From NCBI GenBank assembly GCA_964247055.1, contig OZ176053.1:10354001-10418000 (forward strand): 64,000 bases of DNA. The letters run 5' to 3'. The stretch is from Paragordius varius. Taxonomy: Eukaryota; Animalia; Nematomorpha. The notes under the pieces are model-generated. The model saw only the letters and a list, made by a program, of their open reading frames with translations. It was not told the origin of the DNA and searched no databases. The position numbers and the translations under genes are program-made. Shown here one piece after another: positions 20,821 through 33,800 of the stretch (position 1 is the first letter of the stretch; every line of letters begins with the position of its first letter).

Positions 20821-23800
20821 ATGGCCATGATGTACCAGCAATATAGGACCGGGCATCATTTTTCACCGCCCCCCTATCATTATTATCCGAACAAAAAATT
20901 AGTTCAAGAATATGTTAAACCAAGAAGTGTCACAGGGCCGCTTAACTCAACGCGTACATACAGTTTGGATAGAAAAGATACCTACAAAAGACCCTTCGAC
21001 AAAACGGGAAATAACATGGGAACAGCTTATGCTTATCCCGGTCAGTATGTCAAGTTTGATGTTTGCGTAGGTGGACGACCTCATCCTCGAGTTAGCTGGT
21101 ATTACTTAATGGAAGAAAATACATCATATAATTCGCCCGGTGGACCATCGACCAACAAAATTGGGTTTGATGTGTTTGAGGTTCTTTTGACGCCCGGTAG
21201 CAGACACAAATTTACTTCATCCGAACCTGGATGGATGTCGAATCGAGGATATTTTCCAGAACATTCGGGTGCATTTCATTCTTTAACTATCGGACCATTA
21301 GATGTAGGCGACACTGGTGTATACATATGTCGAGTCAGTAATGTTAATGGAGAAGCATCATCCCCAATCCGATTAGTAGTTTTAGGTAATAATTTATATA
21401 TAGTCAAGTCGTTTGCTATTATTATTTAAGTTATGAAAAAATTGATTGATAAACAAAAATACCGTTATTTCGGGTTCTAAATTTTGATTACATTGTTCGT
21501 AATGTAATTTTAGAACATTAACAACCTTATCATTATACATATGATATTGTTTTTAAAAATTCAAATGTCAAGATTAATGTAATATCAAAAAAATAAATCG
21601 ATAAAAACTTTATTTTTGAGAATTGAATAAATACTAACGAAATAATAGTTTTTAATTTAATTGTCAATTTTACATATAATTAATAATTTGAATTTCTAGT
21701 TACAGTACAAATATTTATTATTAATCAGTTTTTTGTAAGAGCCATCCTGGTTAAAAAATTGTTAAAAAGTTAAAAAATAATTAAATCTTAAAATGATTTT
21801 TGCGGTTTAAATAAAATATTTAACGGATAACCTTCATTTTTACCAACGATGTTTAATAGATAATAATAGATTTTATTAATAAAAACATTTAGGATAATTG
21901 AATACATGCGTGCTTATAAAACATTGATTTTATCTGTTCGCAAAATATAACGACGGCCTATATACCATTAATTTTTTTTCTAATTTTTAAATTTTGCCTT
22001 AAAAATATATGTAATATTAACCAACCCTAATTATATTTTTAAACGAGAGTATAGATTTTACTAATATATATTTTTTTCATCAGATCGACTACACAACGGT
22101 TATGATAAACGCTTCTCTAATGAAAGCAAACCTAATGAAAACGAATTTCTAACTTGGAGTATATTCGAAAATCAGCCACATTCCGACGCATCTTTATTGC
22201 CAACCAGGCACGTACTTTCTAATCTAAGGAAAACTAATAATATAGATTACCGCAATAACAACAAAGAAAACGGTCATTCTGGACAACGAATCAACAGAAA
22301 TCAACGATTTAATAGCCATGATAATCATTTTTTCGAACGTCCTATAAAACCTAATTCCGCAAATCGCAATTTTTCACAAGACCGTTACCCGTACAATAGA
22401 AGGTCCAATCAGCAAATCCATCATTCTTCGGCCATTAAAAATATTGAAGACAATACATCGAGTAGAGAAAGTGATATCTTACACGATTCATATAACAACG
22501 AATTATTAAGCGATTGTGAAAATAGCACAACCCTTCCAATGCAAAGTTACATGACCAGAGAATGCCGTTTTGAACCCGATGGATCGCGGGTTGAAACTAT
22601 TAAATATGTTAAGGAAAACGATAGCTCATCCCACACCACCTCTAAAAAAATAATAAATCAAAAATCAACCATAAATAACCAAAATGAGAGGCGTCTTAAT
22701 GGTTATGAGCGAAGACCGATTCACGATTCTCACCATTATACTGATCAAGAATATTATGAAAGATCCAAACCTTTACCGCCCAGAAGAGATAGAACAGTTA
22801 TAACTATTGGTTTAAAGATGCCAGAGATAGAAATGGGTCCAGACAAATACAAACACACTCGTCAAAATCATCGAAGGCATAAAATGTATATTGACGAACG
22901 AGACACTTTGGTCCGACAACAAAATATAGTGAGTAGATCACATTCTTGTCATCCAGAAGAAGAAAGATATCGTGAATACGATGGTTTACAAAAATACGAT
23001 AGGTACACCGATGATAAATCTCAGAATATAACAATTAATCGTGTAATAAAGAATCAACCCAATCAAAGAATTAATTCAAGACACCACGATGAAAGAGATT
23101 GGAAAGCTGACAGCAGGAAGAAATATATGTATGAGGAAGAATCGCGATATACTAAACCAAGGCGTTTGGAGCGCGGTTCCAGCAAAACCGAGCATTATGT
23201 TAATGTTGAACAGGAAATAAGAACACCAATACGTGGAACTAATGTTAAACGAACTGATTATTACACACAAGTTACATCTGACACTGATACTCGAACACCT
23301 GATATCCAAGAATCGTATTCTTATGAAGAAAAACGCGTATTACCAAAATCAAAATCCATCAAACACAATGCATATGAAACTTATAGCGAAAATATTCTAC
23401 AACAACAACCAAATAAAGAGAAACGAGCAGTGTTCGACAAATTTGATGAAAGCACACAAACTAGTATGGATGATCAAAGATTCTACGAATCGATTGACAA
23501 TGTAACCAATTACATTCACAAACCAAGCAATAAAACCGTTACCAATGTAAGAGAAGAAAGAGTGGATGATTTTACATCCTATTATCGGGACGAAGAACCG
23601 ACCTTCCAATCAGCACAAAAAGAATCCGAGATGGAATATGTAAGAATTAAACCAAAACCACCTATATATGTGGCACCAGAGTTTTTGAAACCGTTTGACA
23701 AGAAGGTAAAAGCTAAGGAAGGTAAAAAGGTACGCTTCGCTGCCCAAGTTAAACCTGAAAATGATCCTTCACTGAAGATTGATTGGTATAAAGATGGAAA

Positions 23801-24408
23801 ACCGCTACCTATTGGTTTACAATTTATTTATTACTTAATAATTTATTAATCTTTGTTAACTTTTATATATATCGGCATTTAGGATCTCGACATGAAATTA
23901 ATTATTTGGATGGTGAATTAGCCATGCAAATAGACCCAACGTCTAAAGGAGATACTGGGGATTATCTTTGTCAAATATATAATTCAGCTGGATCATCCGC
24001 ATCTCCATTCAATTTTATCGTTGAAGGTATATTATTTCTGATAAAAATAATTATTTCGATCCATAATATAAGGGCACATATTGGTTTTTTATATCAATAT
24101 AAATTGTATTTTTAAATAAAAAATTAAATATTAACAAAATGTTTTGGGACGCCCGACAGCGCTTTAAAAATACCGCCATTTTGTTAATACTATATTTTAA
24201 AATACATTTCTGACTATATATAACGGTTATACAAATCTATTATTGAAAATTAACCAATAATAATTATATATTTTATTAAAATAAATTTCGTCCGTAAACC
24301 GACTCTTAAGAAGCACAAAAAAACGTAAAAAATTTTGTGACCTTATTTTGTTTTAGGTTAGGAAAGGATAGGGTCAAACTTTAGAAATTCATTTAAATAT
24401 TTATCCTA

Positions 24409-24443
<35 letters not shown>

Positions 24444-27400
24444 CCATAAAATAATCCATAAAAATTTTCCTATTCTGAAAATCAATGGTATTTAACACAT
24501 AGTTGATCCGCTTGATCGCCTTATAAACAAAATTATTAATTCATAATCGCTAATTACCGAATTCGTGTGCGATAGAGGATAAACCAGTCCCAAAGCGCAT
24601 TGTAGATCCAAATGAGCTATACAAACAATTTGGACAATATCGACCGTCTGAGAGTACAAAGGAGGCAAAAATGTCGGAATATGAAAACAGATATGGTGAA
24701 ACAATTACTGTACCTAGATGTGTACCTGCACACTTTTTAACACACATCAAGCCTTTGACTATAGAAGAGGAAGCCCAAGCAACCTTTTCGGCTCAGTACA
24801 GTCCCAATGATGACCCTCAGCTCAGCGTTGAATGGTTTAAAAATGGTGTACCACTCATAATATGTAAGTATATAACTACCACATTAAATACTAATCACGG
24901 AATCGTTTAGTATCACTTATCCTATATCATGTGTACCAAATATAATATATATATTCTTACAATTTTGCAATGGTGGCATAAATTTATTTGATAATTATTA
25001 TTTGTAAAGCACCTCGCATCATACAAAAACAAGAGGATGGACACGTTACATTAACCATAAATCCAACTTTTCCCAGTGATTCTGGCATCTATACTTGTGA
25101 AGTTAAAAATAGTTGTGGTCGTGATACCACTCAAGCTGGACTTACCTGCCAACGTAAATAATATATTATCTTTTAACTTAATTGATACGAGATATGCATC
25201 GTTCAAAATACTTGAATGATTTTGTTTGCAAACATTTTTTATGCTCTATTATTATTTTTTCATTGACACATAATAACACTTCCATAATCACGAATTTATT
25301 GGTACACACAATAGCCAGCTTAGGCATATTACATACCATTTAAACCTCGAATTACCCCTTAAACAGTTTTAATTCACCCTTGATCATATAAAATTTCTCT
25401 CAAACATTTCGAATCCACCATAAAAAAAATTATGTGTAACTTAAACTTTAAAATATGTGATTTGGTTAATCATATTTTTATATTTATAACTCTAATTTTT
25501 TTTAAAAAAAATCATAATACTAATATCTAATTTTTAATTTAACGTTTTAAGTAAAATTTGTAAAACATTTTTCACTTATAATCAAAAATTACCCATTTTT
25601 ATATTTATTTAAAATATTTTTTTTAATAAACAAATAAAGTAAAATATAAATCATAACAAAATCTATTATTAATTATAAATTAATTTAGTTAAACTATAAA
25701 TATACAAATTTTAAGGGTGAGTTAAGAGTTGAATTTTAAATATTCAGGGGGTAAACGAAGCTAAAATGGTATATTATTGTGAAAATTATTAAAATGTATA
25801 TTATAAGACATTGACGCAAAACATATTATCGAAAATGTTTTTGCAGAATGCAAATAACTCGATGATAATTGAAAATATTTTTAAAAATAATTAGCGAGAA
25901 ATCTAATATGTTGTTTTCTGAATAAATTTAGCTATTCAATATGAGATAATGATAAGGCCTATCTCAACAAATTGAGATACAATAGTTAAGCAATTTTTTT
26001 AAAATTGACCTGGGTCAAATGCCCCTACTTATTTCTAAGATTCAATATACATATATACTATATACAGTTCAAATTCACCCTTAAACAATTCATATTCACC
26101 CTCGAACAATTCAAATTCAACCTAAAAATAAATTTGTTTTCGAACCAATATAACTCAGTATTAATATGAAATATATCTCTATGGCATAATTAATTATTTA
26201 TTCAGTATTTTAATTTAAAACAAAATTTTAATTTTTAAAAATATACAAAAATATAGGTAATTTTTAATATTAAAAAACATATATTTTAGAATTGTTTAGG
26301 GGTGAATGTGAATTGTTTTAGGGATATGAATTGTAAATGGTATATATATCAATAGAAAAATAGAGTTTTATATAATTAAGGTGTATAATATAATATATTG
26401 GTTTTAATACCCTGAAAATTTTATTGAATATTTAGCTAAGAAACCTATTAAAATTGTTCCACCACTCCCTATGCAACCATCAAATTATTTTAGAAAAGAT
26501 TTGGGAACCAAGGAAATGCATGTGCCCCAAGTCGTACCTGGAAAACCAATTTCATACTTTAGACCCTTCAATATATTGCCTCCACCAAGCAAACGGCAGG
26601 AAGGTTGGACATTAATTATTAAAATTTATGTTTGTTGGTGTTGAATTTTTTAAATAAGGTTAAATAAGTTTGGTAAATTTATTTTTGGAATACTATGAAG
26701 ACTGAGTTCGCTTTTAAAATAATCAGTCAATTGAATGAATGTATTGTTTGCTATTTAGTACTAAAATTTTAAAATATTTAAAAAAATAGATTATATAATA
26801 ATGAACGAATTGATTTAAATTTAGTTGATCATAAAGTTTGTTTTAAAGCAGCTAATTTGATTAGTTTTATTTTAACCGGTCCTTGGTTTAGTAATTAGTC
26901 ATAATTTTCTCTGCATATAAATATATGTTTTTTGTCAGAACCTATTCAGAGCGGACCACCCATCTCTGTTTACCATTATGAACAAGCATTTATAGAAGGT
27001 GTTCGTCCCATGTTTCCACCAGCCATTTATACGTCTCATTTGGTCGATATTGATGGGATTAATGAGGAAAACACAGCACACTTTGAGGCAACTTATGAAC
27101 CCAAAAATGATCCTGATGTTAAATTTGAATGGTTTAAAGATGGAAAACCCCTTCTTATATGTAAATATTCAATTAATTTAAACTGAATTTACCTTTAAAG
27201 CTAAACTGAATAAAGATTAAAACATTAAATAACCAATAAATTTGTAAATTATATTTATTTAATTTATTATGTTTGAGATTACAATAATTATTTGTTCATA
27301 ATGATTTTGATAATGAGGCGACAATTGTTATCTAACAATTTGTTAATTGAATTCAAAATTTGGCAGAGTGCTATTTGCATTATATATCCTTCATGCATTT

Positions 27401-27829
27401 TTCTTAATGCCCCTCAACTCAGCCTAGGGGATGATTTGCCTCGGTTAATATAGAACACCTATTATTTAAATGAAGGAAAGAGACTATGAGCTCGATTTTT
27501 AATATAGTATTTTTTTAGATTTTTTCCACAAAATTGCATGGACTGTTAATATTTTGGGTGATTTTTGTTTTTCTGCTGTTTAATATTTTTTAATATCCAT
27601 ATTTTATAAAAACTGACGGTTATATAGCACCAAGGATTACTCGAAAAATCGGAAACGGTCATATATTACTTGATATAAAGCCCGTGTACGCATCTGATTC
27701 TGGATTATACTCTTGCGTTATAGCAAACAAAGCTGGTCATGATCGGAGCCAAGCCTACCTAAATTGCTTCGGTATTTTAAGGCATTTTATGAAAAAATTT
27801 GCAATAAAGCGCATTTTTTTATTTCTTAC

Positions 27830-27881
<52 letters not shown>

Positions 27882-30800
27882 GGAGAAGCCGATAAAACAA
27901 CGTGAAACGCCTGAAATTCCCGGTATATTAATTAATTATTTTAGCTAAATATATATATTTTATTGTTTATTTCATGTTTTTATTTTTTCAGGAAAATCGA
28001 TTAAATAATGTTTTTACATTCCACAAGTACAAGATCATTGTTCTGATAAAATTAGATTTAAGGGGATTCCTCCTTAACATTTGTTCCATATCGTTTCAAT
28101 ATATAATTATTATCATTATTATTATATCAGAAATTTAGTGTGAATTTACAACAATGTTTTTTTCTTATACAAAACTACATAAAATATTGTAAAATAATGA
28201 TTTAATTAAAAAATTATCCAATTTTTACTTCGATGCTATCTAGGAGTTTCTACCGAACGCTAATTATTATATATATTTTTAATATTTCGTCAATATTACA
28301 TAAATCGCTTATTTTGCTCCTTTTGATGAATAATACAACTACTTTACTGTAAGAATATTAATGATAATTTGATCTCTTTTCTGAGTTTTTCACTTCTTTT
28401 TTACTTTAATAATTATTAACGAAAAAAACTGAATAGTAACTTCCCCTAACGACGCTTTACAAAAACACCTTTCAATGATGGCCGCCAATAAATCCCAAGC
28501 TGTAGCTGTAGAATGCAATGGGCCTTCAAGCTTCTTTAAACCCTACCAATTTTTGCCCCCAAACATAAAACAGGATTATGTGGAACCGCTTAATCCAATC
28601 CCATTGCCTTTATACCAATACGAACATTTATTACCTCCACCACCATCTAGTTTTGGACCCCCAAAATTCCTGAATGCATTTAATAGCTTAAGTGGTTTAC
28701 GGGAAGGACAAAAATCACATTTTGAGGCCCGTTTGGAGCCCAAAGATGATCCAAATCTTAAAGTGGAATGGCTCTTTAATGGACGCCCCATAAAAATTGG
28801 TATTTTTGCATATGTTTTCAATCTTAATTTTAATTGTGTTAATGTATCGAAAAACCATTAATATTTTCTTTGCTTTAAATAAATCGGTTCATAGGTAAAT
28901 ATTTAGACGTGATTCACAATTTTTTTATCCAGGCAAGAATGACATAGGGAAAAACGTTTAAAAAAAGCTGTTTTATTGTGATATATTTATGAAAATACTT
29001 AATTTGTATCATCCGAGTAGTATTATTGATCAAAAAATAAATTGTGCTCATAACAAGTTTTTATTATAATTCTCCCAATTGCGTTGCTAGAATTTTTAGG
29101 CTAATATAAGTCACTCAGAATTCATAAGTCTCATTTATTTTTTTATTAGCTGCTTTTTTAAGAAAATATTGGACCGTAACGCCCTATATTTATTTAAAAA
29201 ATTTTTTTTGCCTTTTCCTTTTATACTAGGCTCAAGACATCATTACATCAAAGATTTTGGTTTTGTCGCACTTGATATTTGCCCAACTTATGCAGAAGAT
29301 TCCGGGGTTTATACTTGCGTGGCCTCAAATAAGGCTGGACAGGATATTAATCAAGCAACTTTGCAGTGTTATGGTAATTTATACATTTAATTAGATTATA
29401 TCTCAAAATTTTGCCTTAAAATACATACAGTTTGAGTAAGTATATATTGCTAGTTTTCCATTAATATTGATCAGTAATTTGTTTCCCTTTTTGATGCTCT
29501 TTGTTGCATATGCTATCTGGCATATTTAATTAATAAAAAATTAACAATGTATATTTAATCCCACTGTTAACCATGGTTTTTTAGGTAGTAAAAGTATAAT
29601 AACGGATACGGAAAACCCAGAATCCTTAGCCAAGATACAACAATTGGAAAAATATCAAGATGCTGCGTTTACACACTTACCTGCCGAGGATTATGGGACA
29701 AAAGATTTTGGGCCACCAGTTTTAATGTCCAAGGTTTAGCATTGAGAATAAAATTTTACATGATCAATTATTACATTCGAGCAAACGTTTACTTATGTTT
29801 TAATATATAATTTTTTAGCCTCAAAATTTAACCATATACCAAGATCAAAATGCCCATTTCCAAGCTTCGTACCAACCTATCGATGATTCAAGTCTTAAGG
29901 TACAATGGTACAAAGATGGATTACCGATGAAAGATGGTATATATACGATTTCAAAATTAGTTAAGATGGGAAAAAATAAATTTTTATGAATGAATATTTA
30001 AATTAAATTGCGTCATATAGGGAGTCGTTTCAAGTATATCAAAGATTTCGGTTTTATTGCACTTGATATAACCGATTGTCACGTTGAGGATTCTGGAAGA
30101 TATACCATTTTGCTTACAAATAATCAGGGATATGCTACTGCTGACATGCTTTTAACTGTAGTAGGTACAATAAAAATTATATATGTATTAGAAAAATAAA
30201 TAATTATTTTGTAAATATTCCTAATTTAATTATCGTATATAGGTGAAAAAGGGCTTGATTTTAAGTCGATTAATCCAGAGGGCTTGGCAAAGATACAAGT
30301 TCTTGAAAATCAACATATCGTTAAGCGTTCACAGGAAGAAGCAGGTATATTTTAAAGCACATATTAAAAAATGTCAGCAATTTTTCATATATAATAAGAC
30401 GTAAAAATTTTTATAATGTAACTTTGTAGAATCCCTATATCACCCCATTCCACCCAAATTTACTATGCATTTAAGTGATTTAACCAATATCAGGGACGGT
30501 GACACGGTACACTTCGAGGCCCGGTTTGTACCTGATCGTGGAGACTCCTCATTAAAATACCAATGGTTTTGTAATGGCAAACCATTAATGTCAGGTAAGA
30601 GTTTTTAGTTTGAATTATAATAATTAATGTTGAGATTGAATTTTATGATAATTTTTTAATTATTTTAGTTTATATGTTTTAAATATAATTTCGACATAGT
30701 TGTAAAAATATTCTCGAATCAAAGTAAAATAATTTATTATAGGGAGTCGTTTTAAAACCGTATGCCATATGGGAAACCTAGCTTTGGAAATTTTTAAAGT

Positions 30801-33800
30801 TACTGATGCCGACAATGGAGTCTATGAATGTAAAATCTGGAACAATTTGGGCGAAGATTGGACCAGGGGTTCTCTTTATTGCTCTGGTATATGGCTTTTT
30901 TATTAATTCCTAAAAACTTTTATATTATTTTTAATATTTTTCCGATCAAATGTTAGCTAAACTGTCCTGTGGATAGTTCTAATCAGGAATGTATTGAAAT
31001 TTATTTAGCTGCCCCAATAATTGATCAATCTTCGATCAATCCGGAAAGTTACAAAGAAATCCAAAAATTAGAATTTTACAATCGAAAATTAGCTGAGGAA
31101 GAACGAGGAAAGCTTTTGATGGATGAAATTAGAACTACACAACCTCCTAAATTTTTATCGCAATTTCCGCCAGAGCTAACGGCTAACGCTGGAGATAATA
31201 TAAATTTGGAGGCTAAGGTTGAGACCTTTAATGATCCTAGCACTGTTGTGGAATGGTTTCATAATGGAAAACCTATTATAAATAGTAAAAAATATGCATG
31301 ATAAAATTAGTTTATATATTATATATGATTTAGTTTCATTATCAATATGCACTTCTTTTTTTCCGAATCGATATAGCCCAATTTTTCCTTTACATTTTTA
31401 AGGTTGCCGAATAACACCAACTTTCAATTTTAACTTCGCTACACTTAGGATTAATCCTTCGATTATTGAGGATTCAGGCATATACACATGTAGAATACGC
31501 AATCGATCCGGGGAAGATATTTTACAGACTAACATAATTTTGACAGGTATTATAATGATTTTGATATATAAAACAATTATCCAAAGAGTTAACAGTGAGT
31601 TTTGACATGAGTCTAAAATGAATATCTCTATTTTAATGTAGTTAATTTTTTTGAAAAAAATGGTAATAATACAGACAGTATTATGAACATAACCAGGGTA
31701 TCCTGAATGAAATATCCAAAAATTTAATTTATTTAAAGGTGAAAAAGCTATAGACAACAACCCAATTAATCCCGAAGCTCTCAGTGGCGTTCGTAAATTG
31801 GAAGCCATGTATGATGCTGAAAAATATAATATCCAAATGCAAAAGGAATTACAGCTCAAAAAAACCGAAAGTCTAGGCCAGAGTCCACGCTTCCTAAATG
31901 AATTTGGAATCATTCGCCTTCAAGAGGGTGCTACTGCTTTATTCAAGGCCAAAGTCGAGCCAGATAAGGATGCGAGTTTGCGGGTCGAATGGTTTTTGAA
32001 TGGAAAACCTTTAGTTATGGGTTTGAAAATTTATATATTTGTAAAAAAATATTGGATATGGATAAGTTTTATATAAATCTATTTATATTATTAGGAAATA
32101 GGCACCGCACTTTGAATGATTTTGGATATGTCGGCCTGTCAATACGTAACGTTAATTCCAATGACAATGGAATTTATACGTGCAAAATTTCAAATCCACA
32201 TGGATCTGCCACATTAGAGGGAGCCATAGAATGTCAAGGCAAAATTTAATATTTAGATAATTTTGTTTTGAGTTAATCACTTATGTGCGCTTAGGAACGC
32301 ATAAAGCTCGATTCTTTTTTGAATATTAATTTTGTGAATTCGATTTTTATAGCTTTCATAATAATTTAATTAACAAATAATTATAGATCATCCGAATGTT
32401 CAAACAACATCTCTTAACCCTGAGAGTCTGTCAACCATCCATAGATTGGAATATCAAAAACCCGAGCGCGTCACAGAAACAGGCAAATCTTTTGGAGTTC
32501 CACAATTTATTCGTCCGCTACAAGAATATTTTGGAGACCTAAAGGAAGGTGATAGAATTAGATTGGAGGCACAATATGTTCCGTATGATGACCCAAGTCT
32601 TCAAATTTCTGTTCTAAAAAATGGAAAACCTATATTAGCAGGTTTTGATAAATAAAAAAATCTGTCCATAAATTTTTTTAACACTCATTAAAAAATCAAA
32701 ATATTGTTTAGGTTCAAGGTTTCGATTAATTAACGAATTTGGCATAATATTATTGGAGATATTTGATTTGAATGCCCAAGATTCTGGAATGTATGAATTC
32801 GTGGTTAGAAACAATAATGGGGAAGCCATTTCACAGTCTTCTCTCAATATCACAAGTATTTGATTAAGATTTTTTGAAAAATGTTACAATATAAGTAGAT
32901 ATTGCTACTATTCTTTAATTATTGCCAGATAGCTTATTCAGCAAAGGGCAGTATTGGCTTTTTTTTACTTTTTATTATTATTGGCCAATAATAATGCTCT
33001 TTGCCCATATATAATGTCTGGCGATAAATTATAAAGTTATCAAAATGTTATTAAGATAAATCGGTAGTACTCCAACCGCGGCCCATGGGCTGCAGCATGC
33101 GATTCTAAAAGTGCTTGTTTATGGCCATAAATTATTTATTTTTTGACATAATTTTTGGGGTTAAATATCTGCAACTGTGTGAAACACTCATGACTTTATT
33201 ATTATTATGGCTCTTGAGACACGAAAAATATTTTTGCGGCACTTTAAACAATTTTAGGTGAGTGTCACTGTATAAAGGATAAGTCGTTTTTCATGGGATG
33301 GAACATATATTCTTTCCCTAAAAATGCGTATAAAACCATATAATATTTACATTTATATATTCCGTTTTAGGAAACAAACTTATTATATTTTTTGTCGTTT
33401 AGATGATCAGGTCATACAAAATACTACATTAAATCCTGAGTCTTTGCGTCAAATACAAAAGTTAGAGGAATGGGAACACAAAATATTTGAGCGTGGATTT
33501 GATGAGGTCAGGCATGGCGATTCATTTTATCCGCCGCCCCTATTTTTACGGGAATTTCCACCTCAAATCGTTGTATCTGAAGGACAGAGAGTTCATTTAG
33601 AATCAAGAATCGAGCCAAAAGATGATCCCACCCTAATGGTTGAATGGTTCAATAACGATAAACCATTGCCAGCCGGTCAATAATTATTATAATTATAAGC
33701 CGTTGCATTAAATTGTGTGTCATGTTTTATGTAAATAAGTTGCTTTTATGTACAAAATTATGTGTTTTGCATATTATAATAGGTGATCGGTTCAAAACCT

